Source of the DNA: Octopus sinensis
Lineage: Eukaryota
Direction: 5' to 3'
Assembly (NCBI RefSeq): GCF_006345805.1
Contig: NC_043010.1
Span: 36,332,001 to 36,396,000 of the forward strand
DNA: 64,000 nt
Shown: positions 40,901 to 52,242 of the stretch, in pieces
Layout: each line of letters opens with the position of its first letter
Numbering within the stretch: the first letter of the stretch is position 1
Program-made: the position numbers and the translations under genes
Notes under the pieces: generated by a model
Databases searched by the model: none
The model's input: the letters and a program-made list of their open reading frames with translations, nothing else
Told to the model about the DNA's origin: nothing

Positions 40901-43608
40901 TCTGACTCGAGTTCGTTGGATGACATTCCTGATAAGCAGGAACATTTAACTTTCTTAACTCAAAATGCATTTCTTAAAAACAACAACCCCAAAAGTGTTG
41001 AGACGAAGACTTCGTTTTTCTCACCTGCTTCCCAATCTATCCGGAAGCAAATTGTTGGGAAAGACAAGAAAATGCAGCTGAACTTAAACAATGGGTGTGT
41101 TTCTTTAGATTCCAGTGGTTTTAATATTTGCAGTAACAGCAGTAATTTTAAAATGGCAACAAATTCAACAAATATGTTATGTAAGACTATTCCAAATAAC
41201 CTAATTAATAATAATGATAATAATATTATTAATAATAGTAGTTGTAGTGGTAGTTTCAATAACAACAGTAATAATAATGTTGTTGACAGCATTACGCCAA
41301 ATGGGGACAAGTTTGTCACTGACTTTTCCTCCTCTGGACTTGAAGAGAAAACACATTTAAGTTTCAATAGCTATTACCCTTTTGAATCAAAGTTTGCTGA
41401 TGAAAGGAAAGTCAATGGCTTATCTAGTCCAGTGCAACTCTCTGAGTTGTCACCAAATTCTCGATCACCCAAAATCACTCCTTTAAAGAATGTCAACAAC
41501 AGAATGAACACACAGAGCTCTCCCAAAATCGGAAGCTTTCGAATTGGCACATACGGATCAATATCCAACAAAGAGTGGGAGGAAAACGTCGATTCTGATA
41601 CCCCATTGACTGTTGGTAGCATCTCTATGTCAGATAAGAAGCGAGAGACATTCACATTTTGCCACAAGAAAGATTTATCTGACAGATTATCTGCAAATGA
41701 TGATCAGAAAAATACAGGTCTACTTTATGAGAATTCCATGGATGTTGATGACGCTGTTAAAGCACTGAGCAGTGATGGTATGAATGGTTTCAAGTTTCAG
41801 GAAGAATCAGTTAGTAGTATTAACTACGCTCATATTCTTCATGACCATGACTACTGTATACGAACAGCAATTTCTCCAACCAAGTCTGAACTTGCAAAAG
41901 AACTCTTTAGCTCTAAACTACTGCCATCATCAACCTCCTCAAAGATATCTAATCTTTCTTCAACAAAGACAGCAGTTGTCTCAAATGAGTGTTCTAGTTC
42001 TCCTACAAACACCCCTGTTACCACAGAAGCAAAGAACTGGCGTAAACCCCGCAACAGTAACAGCAAGTCAGTTGACACATCTGAAGATGTGTCTGTTTCT
42101 AATTTACCTCTTAAAATTGAGGAACCTGACCAAGAAAGTGCAGAAACCAGCTGTGAGACCTCTCGTACCAACGAGAGTAAACTAAAAATAACTGGTAGCT
42201 TTCAAAATGATTATGTATATTTTCTTAATAAAACTGCTCGCAGTAGAAGGCGATTCAGCCATGAGATCTTGCCAGACAAAAACCTTCAATCAAAGCACTA
42301 CTCTGACATTGTTATTCCTCACTTGACTGATGCAGACCTTGAGGCTCTGAAGCGTCGGCAAAATAAATGCAGCCCAATGTTAGATGCATCAGCTGCCTCC
42401 AAGAACCTTTGTGATGGAAGTAATGACATGGAGATTGACAGTAAACTGATCCGCTCAGTTATGAACATGGATAATCCCAGTATGGACCCTGACATGGAGT
42501 ATACTCTTCCTGTACTCGATAATGGATTCGTCTCCGAAAGCATGTCAACAAACTCGGAAGTCTGTTTTACGCCAGAAGATATGGATATTCTGTACAGTGC
42601 ATTTAAAATGGTAGAGAATGCAAACGGCTTTCGAAGTTTGGATGAAATCCGAAAGACTGCTGACAGCTTTGATGGCATGCAGAAACAGATGAACTCTTCT
42701 GTGTCTATGCTTCAAGAGGACCAAATTAACCCCTGCATGACAGCTGTCAATGAGAGTAAAGAGCCATTTGTAAACTCCGATTGTATGAGCTCTGAGGAAG
42801 CTATCAATGAGTCAGCACAAGTCCATGCTCATGGCTTGCCTCCGGATAATACTTTACTAGATTTTGAAAATATGCCTATAAATGATATGCATAATATGAT
42901 AAGTAATGAGAGAGACAAATTTAAGGCACCAACTCTTGCTTGTTCTCAAGAAAGTGATCTAAACCAATCTGATTTGAACAATTTATGCTCCAGCAACCCT
43001 AGTGCAAACTTGACTGATTTGCAAATACCATCTTTGGAGAAATTTGACTTGTTAAGTGGTGATTTGCCATTAAAACTGGACAAACCAGACTTATTTCTTG
43101 AGCCTACTGTCGAAGATATATCTACAGTTCCTGACTGTAACCCGCCTTGGATTGTAACTGTTACTATGTTTTGGAATGATTTGCCTGCCATTATGATGGA
43201 CCACCATCCATACATACGTCTTGTAGACATCCATAAACAAATTCTTCCTGCAAAAGATACAGGAATACTTAAAAAACGTTGTCAGCTTCTTGGCCTTCCT
43301 GTACAGAACTGCACAGAATTTCAACGTTACTTTTTAGTGCAGTATGGACGTGCATACAATTCTAAGAGTACATTGGTTATTTCAAAGGATGATGCCAAAT
43401 CTTTAATTGGCTACTATGTGAACCCACCACCCCGGGCACCAAAGGGTGAAGGTAGTGAAGATGAGCACGGCAGTCCAGAGAAACGAATTCTGAAAACAAA
43501 TGGTTCTTTGGAAGGAAGAATGAAAAAACAAGCCAAGACCATCGGATCAAAGAGGCAGTCTTTGCATAAGAAAAATCTGTCTTTGGAAAACCAGCTAAAT
43601 CGAGAAAG
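37986..43608 (+). CDS. Giant exon, segment 2: low-complexity region, two DHxY motifs and a divergent Ski/Sno/Dach (DHD) domain (43142-43420)
   Basis: 1868-aa ORF. IRLVDIHKQIL...CQLLGLPVQNCTEFQRYFLVQYG...ISKDDAKSL aligns almost ungapped with SKI LCLPQILNSVL...[23 protein letters not shown]...ITKTDAERL. Donor AG|GTATGA at 43608/43609. Confidence 0.85.
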
Positions 43609-43799
43609 GTATGATATGTACATATATAGGTAATGTATTCTATTGTTCTGTAAATGTTGCGTTGTTTGTATTAGAAGAGGTAGGAGTGGTTAGCATTGAA
43701 GAAAATCAAAATATGTGTAACTTAATACTTTTAGAAATCTTTTTAGGTAAAGGCATGGCTTTTGTGTGTGGGCCATGTGTTGTATGTGTGCATGTATCT

Positions 43800-44180
43800 T
43801 TTACCCATTGCTTGTTGCAGTCATTAGACTGCAGCCATACTGGAGCACTGCCTTGAAGAGCTTTTAGTTTAAAGAATCGACCCCAGTACTTTATTTTTAA
43901 GTTTAAGCCTCATACTTTTACTATCAGTCTCTTTTGGCAAACAGCTAAGCTATGGGGATGGAAACACACCAACACCGGTTGTCAAGTGGTGGTAGACACA
44001 AAGGTACACACACACACACACACATTGGGCACCTTTCAGTTTCTATTTACCAATCTTTCTCACAGGGTTTTGGTTGACCTGAAGCTATAGTAGAAGACAC
44101 TTGCTTAAGGGGCCACACAGTGGGACTGAACCTGAAACCATTTGGTTGGGAAGTAAACTTCTTACCACCCAGTCACAGCT
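43800..44180 (-). mobile_element. Degraded family-A SINE in the intron
   Basis: Antisense copy. Confidence 0.75.
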
Positions 44181-44529
44181 GTTCATGTGTGCATAGTTAA
44201 AATACTTATTTATTGATCAAATGGTTCATAAGTTCCAATTTTACAATTATCATTGTATTTTTCCCTTGAGTAATTACCAAGCTCTAGGCATTGAAGAATG
44301 GCAAACTGGATGGCTTTCCTAATTGCTTAAGTCTTAGTTATAAAGTTTTTAGCGTTATGTAGCCTCAGGTTCATTCAGGCAAACTGAAGAAATTAAAGAT
44401 GTATGTCTGCTTCCAATGACAACGCAATGATTATAAGATCTGAAAACATTAGCTTATCGATAGTGTTCCCACACATTTACTGCAACTAAGCCCATCAGCT
44501 CTACTTATCACACTTGTATATACAAGACA

Positions 44530-44569
<40 letters not shown>

Positions 44570-45262
44570 ATTATTATTATTATTATTCATGTCATTGTGT
44601 TGTTAGTCCTGGAAATGTTCTTTAGTTTCAAAGTGTGGTATTTGAATAAAGCATTTTGAACCACCCATCAGTTGGTATGAGAGACGAGGAGTGGCTATTT
44701 AAAAAAACTTGTTTTTCTAAATTGCCTTTTGATGTTTGTTGTTATTATATTTTTCAGAATTCATTTTTATATAGAAATTCTTATAGGATTACAAGACTTG
44801 AAATCATGTCACTGCTGCTGCTGCAGTAGTGTGTGTATGTGGACTTGGATGTGTGGGTATCTGTGTCACATAGATATGTATTCTTATGTACACAACATGT
44901 AAAGGTTAATTAACCCTTTAGCATTCAGATAACTCTGTCAAATGTAATGCTTATTAATTCACACTGTTTTGAATTAATCATGTGTTATCTTGTAGTTTCG
45001 CGATTTCAACAACGTGATTATTTATGATTAAAATAATACTGTAAGGTGAGTGTGAGAGGTTAGATCTGGCCAGTTTGAAGATAAAACAGGTAGATTATTT
45101 TGGATGGATATGGCTGGTTTAAATACTAAAGGGTTAATAGTCTAATCTTTCTCCCCCCCCACACACACACGTGTGTGTGTGATACATGTACATTATAGTG
45201 AAACTATTTATAGGATTACTATACTACTGAAGTTCTTTATATTTTAAATGTAGTTTTTCTTC

Positions 45263-45700
45263 CATCATCATCATCATCGTTTAAAATTTGCTTTCCATGC
45301 TAGCATGGGTTGGAAATTTGACTGAGATCTGGCGAACCAGATGGCTGTACTAGACACCAATCTGATCTGGCAGTTTCTACGGCTCGATGCCCTTCCTGAC
45401 GCCAACCACTCCGAGAGTGTAGTGGGTGCTTTTATGTGCCACCGACACAAGGGCCAGTCAGTTGGTACTGGCAACGGTCACACTCAAATGGTGCTTTTTA
45501 TGTGCCACCTGCACAGGAGCCAGTCCAGCGGTACTGGCAACAACCTCGCTTGAATGATTTTTTACGTGCCACCAGCACAAGTGCCAGTAAGTCAATGCAA
45601 GTAACAATCACCCTCGAATGGTGCTTTTTACCCACCAGCACAGAGGCCAGTTTGTTGCTCTGCTCTGACAATGATCATGCTCATATGGTACTCTTAGCGC
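45263..45700 (-). mobile_element. 3' end of the RTE element (tandem units plus (GAT)n tail) in the intron
   Basis: Reverse complement of the 12480-12918 type sequence. Confidence 0.8.
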
Positions 45701-45793
45701 TCCTACTTATTTCTATTTACATATGTGTATGAATGTGTGTGTGTGTGTGTAAATATATATATATGTATACATATCTGTCTTTGTCTTTTGCAG

Positions 45794-47955
45794 GACATTA
45801 AGTGAGAAATCAGATGACCAGCCTGTTGAGAAACAGTCGGCCAGCCCATCTAGATTTGATAGCACAACAGTGTCCGAGGCAGTAACTTCAACAACATCAG
45901 CGGCATCGAAAGTTCGTGTCACTTCCTCATCGCCTCCCTTGACAAGCACCAGGTCACGCTTGCGTCACAAGAAGATAAATTTTCTAGACTTGATCCGCGG
46001 TGAAAGCGGGTCATCGTCTGCTTCATTGTTGCCGTCACACTCGTCATCATCTTCGATTGCACCCACCTCTTCTGGCTCAGTAGACATTTCCCCATTGGCT
46101 GGCACCATGCCGGCCCATTCCCTAAGATCCTCTTCTGCATCCTCCCCTTCCTCCTCCTCATCATCTTCATCGTCATCCACCCTGTCTGCCCTTTTCCCGC
46201 CTCTCTCATCTTCACTGTCACCCCCGCCATCCCCGTCATCTAACAGTGCCCTCTCCTCCAACAAAATGCACAGTGCTGTGGCCCTTGCAGGAGAGGAGGC
46301 TTCGTGCACCCGGAAGCAAGGGCTAGCTGTGGGTGCAAACCGATTGAAGGGTGAAAAATCATTTGCTGGCTCTCGTCAGCAGAAGAACGGTAATAAGGGA
46401 CAAGTGATGCCATCACTGATGTTGCTACAGCAACAGCAACAGATGAACAGCTTGTTAACGAGTGAGTGCAATAGCTCGTTAAGTTCATCTCCTGATGCAA
46501 TCAACAGCAGCAGCAACGGTGGTGGCAACATCAAAGTCAACAAGACCAAAAAGCCACCAAATGACTGCAAATTGGTCGGTGGAGGTGGCGGCGGAGGAGG
46601 AGCAGGGCGACGTTGCTACAACCAAAAGAATGGTCTGAACGGTAGGCGGCAGAAGAATGGCGATGAGAAAGAGGCAGCTGGTAGTCACTGTGTCGGCAAG
46701 TTGCCAGCGAAAATCTCCAAGTGGGCAAAGCCGAATCGAGGCATCGGTCGGCGAATTAAGAAGAACAATAGCCGGCTGAAGGTGAAGCTAAAACTGCAAA
46801 CCCCAAACCATAGTCTACCGGGCAGCACAAATGATTTCAGATTTATTAATTCCACCATCAACACCACCAACTACGACAGCAACTATAACAATACTAACAT
46901 TAATAATATTATTAATAATAATAATAATAATGGTAATATTAACAACAACAATAGTCACATTAACAAGAATATTAGCAAAAACAGAAACATCACTAATAAT
47001 AATAACAATAATAATTATAGCAGTAGTGGCAGAAGCAACACAGCCATTAACCCTTCCAAGTCCATCACAGCAACAAAAACACTAACAACAACAACAACAA
47101 TGCCAGTATCATCAACTACAACAACAACCACAACAACAGTAACAACAAACAATAGTAGTAAGCCTCCCAGTCATAAAAAACGTTTAAGAGTCAACAAAAT
47201 GCAAAGCATTTTTGACGTTATTCATGTTCTCCGTGAGGATGTAGTAGCAGACAGATGCATAGGTGTGCAGGCAGGAGAGCTTCTGACAAACTTGTACATA
47301 GATAGAGACTCCAAGTGCATCAAGTGCACTACTTGTACAGAACTGTTTTCTATCGTACACTTTATGCAGCATCATCAGCATTCAAACTCCGGTGTCAGTT
47401 GCCATAGTGACTTACCTGTGTCAGCTTCACCGTTATCGCAACAACAACAAAAACACCAACACCAGCAACAACAACAACAGCAGCAGCAGTTGTCATCGCC
47501 ATTCTTGTCATCATCGTCATCATTGTCAACACCACCAACATCTTTACCACCTTCACTTCCAACACCAGATACAGTACGGGAGCTGTCGTCAACCCCGTGC
47601 ATGTGGCGTTTGAAACTCAACAGCAATACTTCTGAGAGTCAACAGAAGTTGTGGAAACACTTCTTGAAGAAGCAACATCAACTGCAGAGCAGGCAGCAGT
47701 CTCCTCCGAAATCTGGCAATGGCATTAGATTTTATACGTCGGCTAACATGTTGCTCTTGGAAAGCCAGCCATCCAACCTGAAGCAAGGTGGAACTAGTGC
47801 AAATTCTTCAACCTCTCGAGTGAGTTCCCGTAAACGCAAACAGAAACAGTTCTATCCAATTGAAAACTATGAATTCAAAACTGCTCTTAGCTCTGCGGCA
47901 CACAGCAGGAATTCAGCCGGCACATCAGTAGTGAGCAAAGTAGCAGACACTATGG
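45794..47955 (+). CDS. Terminal exon, segment 1: basic NLS-like tracts and a Ski-type SMAD-binding SAND-like Zn domain (47211-47381; W-helix about 47598-47675)
   Basis: CIGVQAGELLTNLYIDRDSKCIKCTTCTELFSIVHFMQHHQH has the same spacing as SKI [41 protein letters not shown]. The end coordinate is approximate. Confidence 0.85.
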
Positions 47956-48445
47956 TGGCGCGGTTGTCAAAAGTCCTGTTGGTGCTGCTTCTGGCCGAGC
48001 AATGAGCTGTAGTATGGGGTTGAGTCCCTCCAAGAAAACCATGAAACTTTCGCATCAGCCATGCGAAGGTGCAGCTATGTCTGTGTCGTCGGCACCAGGC
48101 TCAGCCAAAGCTGTGATCCTCCCTGGCGTTAGTGGTTCATCTGCCTTCTCCACGCCACAACAAACTCTCAATCCCACGGCAACCACAGCCCATAAAAAGA
48201 ACAGGAACAACAAAAGCAACCACACAACCACCAACAAAAGCAACAACACAACTACCAACAGAAACAACAACAACACAGCCACCAACAAAAACAATACAAC
48301 TACCAGCAAAAACAACTCAACCACCACCACCACTAACAACAACAATAGCAGTAGCAGTAGTTTATCAGAAAATGTTGTAACTTTAAAAAATGAACCAGAA
48401 CTGCTGAACTTTACTGCATTGCAAACCGATGATTATGATATGTGA
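47956..48445 (+). CDS. Terminal exon, segment 2: probable true C-terminus (..LKNEPELLNFTALQTDDYDM*) after a 1-nt frame break
   Basis: This frame is open from 47891 to 48445, and composition changes abruptly to A/T-rich UTR-like sequence after its stop. The uncorrected frame stops at 48005. Confidence 0.55.
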
Positions 48446-48771
48446 GGTTAAAAAAAAAATAAAAAAAAGAAAGAGAAAAAGGTAAAAAAAAGGGGAGAGG
48501 GGGAGAAAACACACGCACGCACGCAGAATAAAAAAAAAACACAAAAAAACTGAAGATGATAAGTAGAGGGAATTAGGTTTCTTTTTCTTGTTTTTATTTT
48601 TTTTTTCTATTCTGTTCTCCATGTTTTTTTTTTAATTTTGTCGGGTGGGAAGGACATTTCTAAAAAGAAGGAAACATTTTCATTTTTTTCTTTTATTTTT
48701 TAAACTCAGTTTTAAAATATATTTAAAAAAAAAAGAAATAGAACATATATATATATGTATGTATATGTATG

Positions 48772-48805
<34 letters not shown>

Positions 48806-49256
48806 ATATTAAGAAGTAATGTATGTTTTCGTTAAATACATGCCTACACTTATTGACAAGTTTTGATGTTCAACTTTTGTGTTATGATTCCAGAGCTTTT
48901 GTATGCAAATACATGCATAGATGTGTTTGTGTGTATGCTTATATATGTATGTGTATATAGCTGAAGTATATATGTATATCCAGACATAATTTTCTTTTTA
49001 TTCTTGCTGTGGATCTCTAAGTAGATGATGAAGCTATAAATAATAAGTAAATACTGGGTTTAGAAAAAACCCCCTTTGGATTCAGAAAGTTGGAAACTAC
49101 CAAAGTTTTAGGTCCACTGTTGTTCACAAAAAAAAAAAATCATGCTCTTTCAAAAGCTTCTTATAATGTCATGAGATTTTATATATATAGTCTACTGTTC
49201 TGTTTTGTGATGGTAAGAGCAACAAAAAAAGTACTAATGAGAGATTAACATTATTT

Positions 49257-49262
49257 AATAAA
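49257..49262 (+). terminator. Candidate polyadenylation signal
   Basis: AATAAA followed by U/GU-rich sequence about 800 nt after the stop. Confidence 0.3.
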
Positions 49263-49476
49263 CACAATATTTTTTATGTGCTACTATTAGTTTCATGTGC
49301 CGAGAGCATGCCAGACAGTATTTTATAACACATCTGGTGTCCTTGATTGTGCAAGGATGCCAGATGTGATATAAAATACTGTCTGGTATGCTTTAAGCAC
49401 ATGAAACTAATAGTAACACATAAACACATATTGTGTTTATTATATATATATATATTATATATATATATATATATAT

Positions 49477-49918
49477 TATTAATTGTCTGTAGACAAAATT
49501 ATATAACATCTTCATGCCATAATTTTTCTCTGTGTAAAATATTATCAGCTGGTTGCAAATCCTTGCTGAATGTTTTTTATTTCAGAGATTTCTTTCTTTT
49601 TAATGGATTGTTGTTTTCACTATGACTGCTGAGCACTATCTACTCTTGACTGTGAGAGATGGCTGTTGCCTTCCTTGAATTCCTCCACCGTTTGGTGGGT
49701 TTTGTTTTTCATCCTGCATTGTGTCCAAATATCACACTCCACACCAGTCAAGCTTGGTGAAGTTTCTGGATTAGATGTCAACAACCCATCCATGCAACAA
49801 GTTATACTGGGTTACATGTTACCAGTAGTTCAAGATCCATTATGTATATATATATATATATATATAAAATGTCCCACCCATGCTAGCATGGTAAGCAGAC
49901 GTTACATGATGATGATCA

Positions 49919-49954
<36 letters not shown>

Positions 49955-50400
49955 AATTGTCTGTAGACAAAATTATATAACATCTTCATGCCATAATTTT
50001 TCTCTGTGTAAAATATTATCAGCTGGTTGCAAATCCTTGCTGAATGTTTTTTATTTCAGAGATTTCTTTCTTTTTAATGGATTGTTGTTTTCACTATGAC
50101 TGCTGAGCACTATCTACTCTTGACTGTGAGGGATGGCTGTTGCCTTTCCTTGAATTCCTCCACCGTTTGGTGGGTTTTGTTTTTCATCCTGCATTGTGTC
50201 CAAATATCACACTCCACACCAGTCAAGCTTGGTGAAGTTTCTGGATTAGATGTCAACAACCCATCCATGCAACAAGTTATACTGGGTTACATGTTACCAG
50301 TAGTTCAAGATCCATTATGTATATATATATATATATATATAAAATGTCCCACCCATGCTAGCATGGTAAGCAGACGTTACATGATGATGATCATGATATA
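49477..50400. repeat. Direct tandem duplication, about 474-bp unit bounded by (TA)n
   Basis: 49622 aligns to 50096. The copies differ by one A/G, one T indel and TA-tract lengths. Confidence 0.95.
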
Positions 50401-50593
50401 TATATATATATGTATATATATACACATATACATACCCATATATATATATACATATATACGATATATTCAGGTGATAAATTGCTGTCCCCATTAATTACAA
50501 AATCTTAGACTTCAATTCTAACCTCAATTTATATATATTTATATATATATATTAAGATTAAACTTACTTAGAAATGGATGCGTGCATTCCATC

Positions 50594-50944
50594 ATATAAT
50601 AACAAAATAATAAATAAAACATATGCATATATACATACATATATGTACGTACCTACATCTATATGTATATATACATGCATATATAGGTACAGGACACCAA
50701 AAAAATGTTGAACACAATGAGAAACGAAAACATAAACACAAAACCAAGGAAATGGACATTTTTCTTAAACAACGAAAAAATGTTCATTTCCTTGGTTTTG
50801 TGTTTATGTTTTTTTTCTCATTGTGTTCGACGTTTTTTGGGTGTCCTGTACCCATATATGCATGTATATATACATATAGATGTAGGTACGTACATATATG
50901 TATGTATATATGCATATGTTTTATTTATTATTTTGTTATTATAT
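50594..50944. repeat. 351-bp foldback palindrome (171-bp arms, 9-nt loop)
   Basis: The outer 90 bp or so are perfect, with about 7 mismatches or bulges overall. Arm fragments recur at 11775-11850 and 16755-16790. Confidence 0.95.
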
Positions 50945-50974
50945 ATATATATTCTTGTTTTGGATTACTGCCTT

Positions 50975-51291
50975 CAGGACTTATTTTTTGTAATCCTAGT
51001 ACTTATTCTATCGGTCACTTTTGGCGAATTGCTAAGCTATAAGGACGTAAACATATCAGCATTGTGTTTACATCAGCAATGTTGGAGGGGCAAACACAGA
51101 CACACAAGCATATACATGTATATATATGCGATGGGCGTCTTCCACTTTCCTTCTACCGAATCCACTCACAAGGCTTTGGTTGGCCCGTGGCTATAGTAGA
51201 AAACACTTGCCCAAGGTGCCATGCAGTGGGACTGAACCCGGAACCATATGGTTGGTAAGCAAGCTACTTACCACACAGCCACTCCTGCGCC
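50975..51291 (-). mobile_element. Family-A SINE, 3'-truncated
   Basis: Antisense copy ending CCACTCCTGCGCC. Confidence 0.85.
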
Positions 51292-51314
51292 TATATAAAT
51301 ATATTATATAATAT

Positions 51315-51467
51315 TATAATAAAAGCCACAAGTCTTGTTAAATACAGCTACCCAGGGTTTCCTGATTGAAACAATTTATTTCAGCATTTTTCAAATGAAA
51401 TGAATCAATGTTTTGACCAGGAAACCCTGGGTTGCTGTAATTAATAAGACTTGTGGTCTTTCTTATA
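51315..51467. repeat. 153-bp foldback (59-bp arms, 35-nt spacer)
   Basis: CCACAAGTCTT..CAGC.ACCCAGGGTTTCCTG and its reverse complement. Confidence 0.9.
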
Positions 51468-51544
51468 ACATATATACTCTCTTAGCTGCTTCAGTGCTCT
51501 TCTGTTTGTTGAAGCCTTACCAGACAATTAGATATATATTTATA

Positions 51545-51860
51545 TATCGTCATCATTTAACATCTGTCTTCCATCCTGGCATGGTTTGGATGGTTTGACA
51601 GGAGCTGAGCAGGTAGAAGAGTACACTGGGCTACTGTTTCTTTTTTGGCATGGCTTTTATGGCAGGATGTCCTTCCTAACACCAATCACCCTGCAGAGTG
51701 GACTGAGTGCTTTTTACGTAGCACCAGCACAGGCGAGACCGGTTTTGGCATGGTTTATACAGCTGGATGCCCTTCCAAATGCCAACCACTTCACAGTGTG
51801 GACTGGATTTCTTTTACATGGCACCAGCACTGGCAGGGTCACCAAGTAACTTGCAAGACA
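51545..51860 (-). mobile_element. Degraded RTE 3'-end fragment
   Basis: CATCATTTAAC..TTCCAT..GGCATGG and GGATGCCCTTCC motifs. Confidence 0.65.
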
Positions 51861-51921
51861 ATGAATTTTGAGAGCGGAGGGGGCATTAGCTATGATCTTG
51901 TGTCATATATATATATATATG

Positions 51922-52161
51922 TGAAAGAAAAAAAGGTGTTCAGAATGCTGGATGGTTGTAAAAATATATATTTATTTATTTATCACATATTATTACTTCA
52001 TATTAGTGCTTTCAACTACTCCTGTAGTTTCATCAGAAAATGATTTTCTGATGAAACTACAGGAGTAGTTGAAAGTGCTAATATGAAGTAATAATATATG
52101 ATATGTAAATAAATATATATTTTTACAATCATCTAGCATTCTGAACATCTTTTTTCTTTCA
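51922..52161. repeat. 240-bp foldback palindrome with a 3-nt loop
   Basis: Centre CATCAGAAAA-TGA-TTTTCTGATG. The arms are about 92% complementary. Confidence 0.95.
52048..52080 (+). ncRNA. Hammerhead-ribozyme-like core (mirror copy on the - strand at 52004-52036)
   Basis: CTGATGA-AACTAC-AGGA-GTAGTT-GAAA-GTGC-TA: intact CUGANGA and GAAA, a perfect 6-bp stem II and a short stem III. AATAAA at 52108. Stem I is weak. Confidence 0.55.
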
Positions 52162-52189
52162 TATATATTAAATCTGTACACCACCCCCA

Positions 52190-52242
<53 letters not shown>

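Larger units (their letters stand above)
43609..45793 (+). other. Phase-2 GT-AG intron, 2185 bp
   Basis: Donor GTATGA and acceptor TTTGTCTTTTGCAG. AG+G joins both long ORFs in frame (..RE-R-TLSEK..). Confidence 0.85.

Noticed and set aside
35604-48345. Many antisense Val/Leu-rich ORFs
   Set aside because: Shadows of the A/C-rich low-complexity sense exons.
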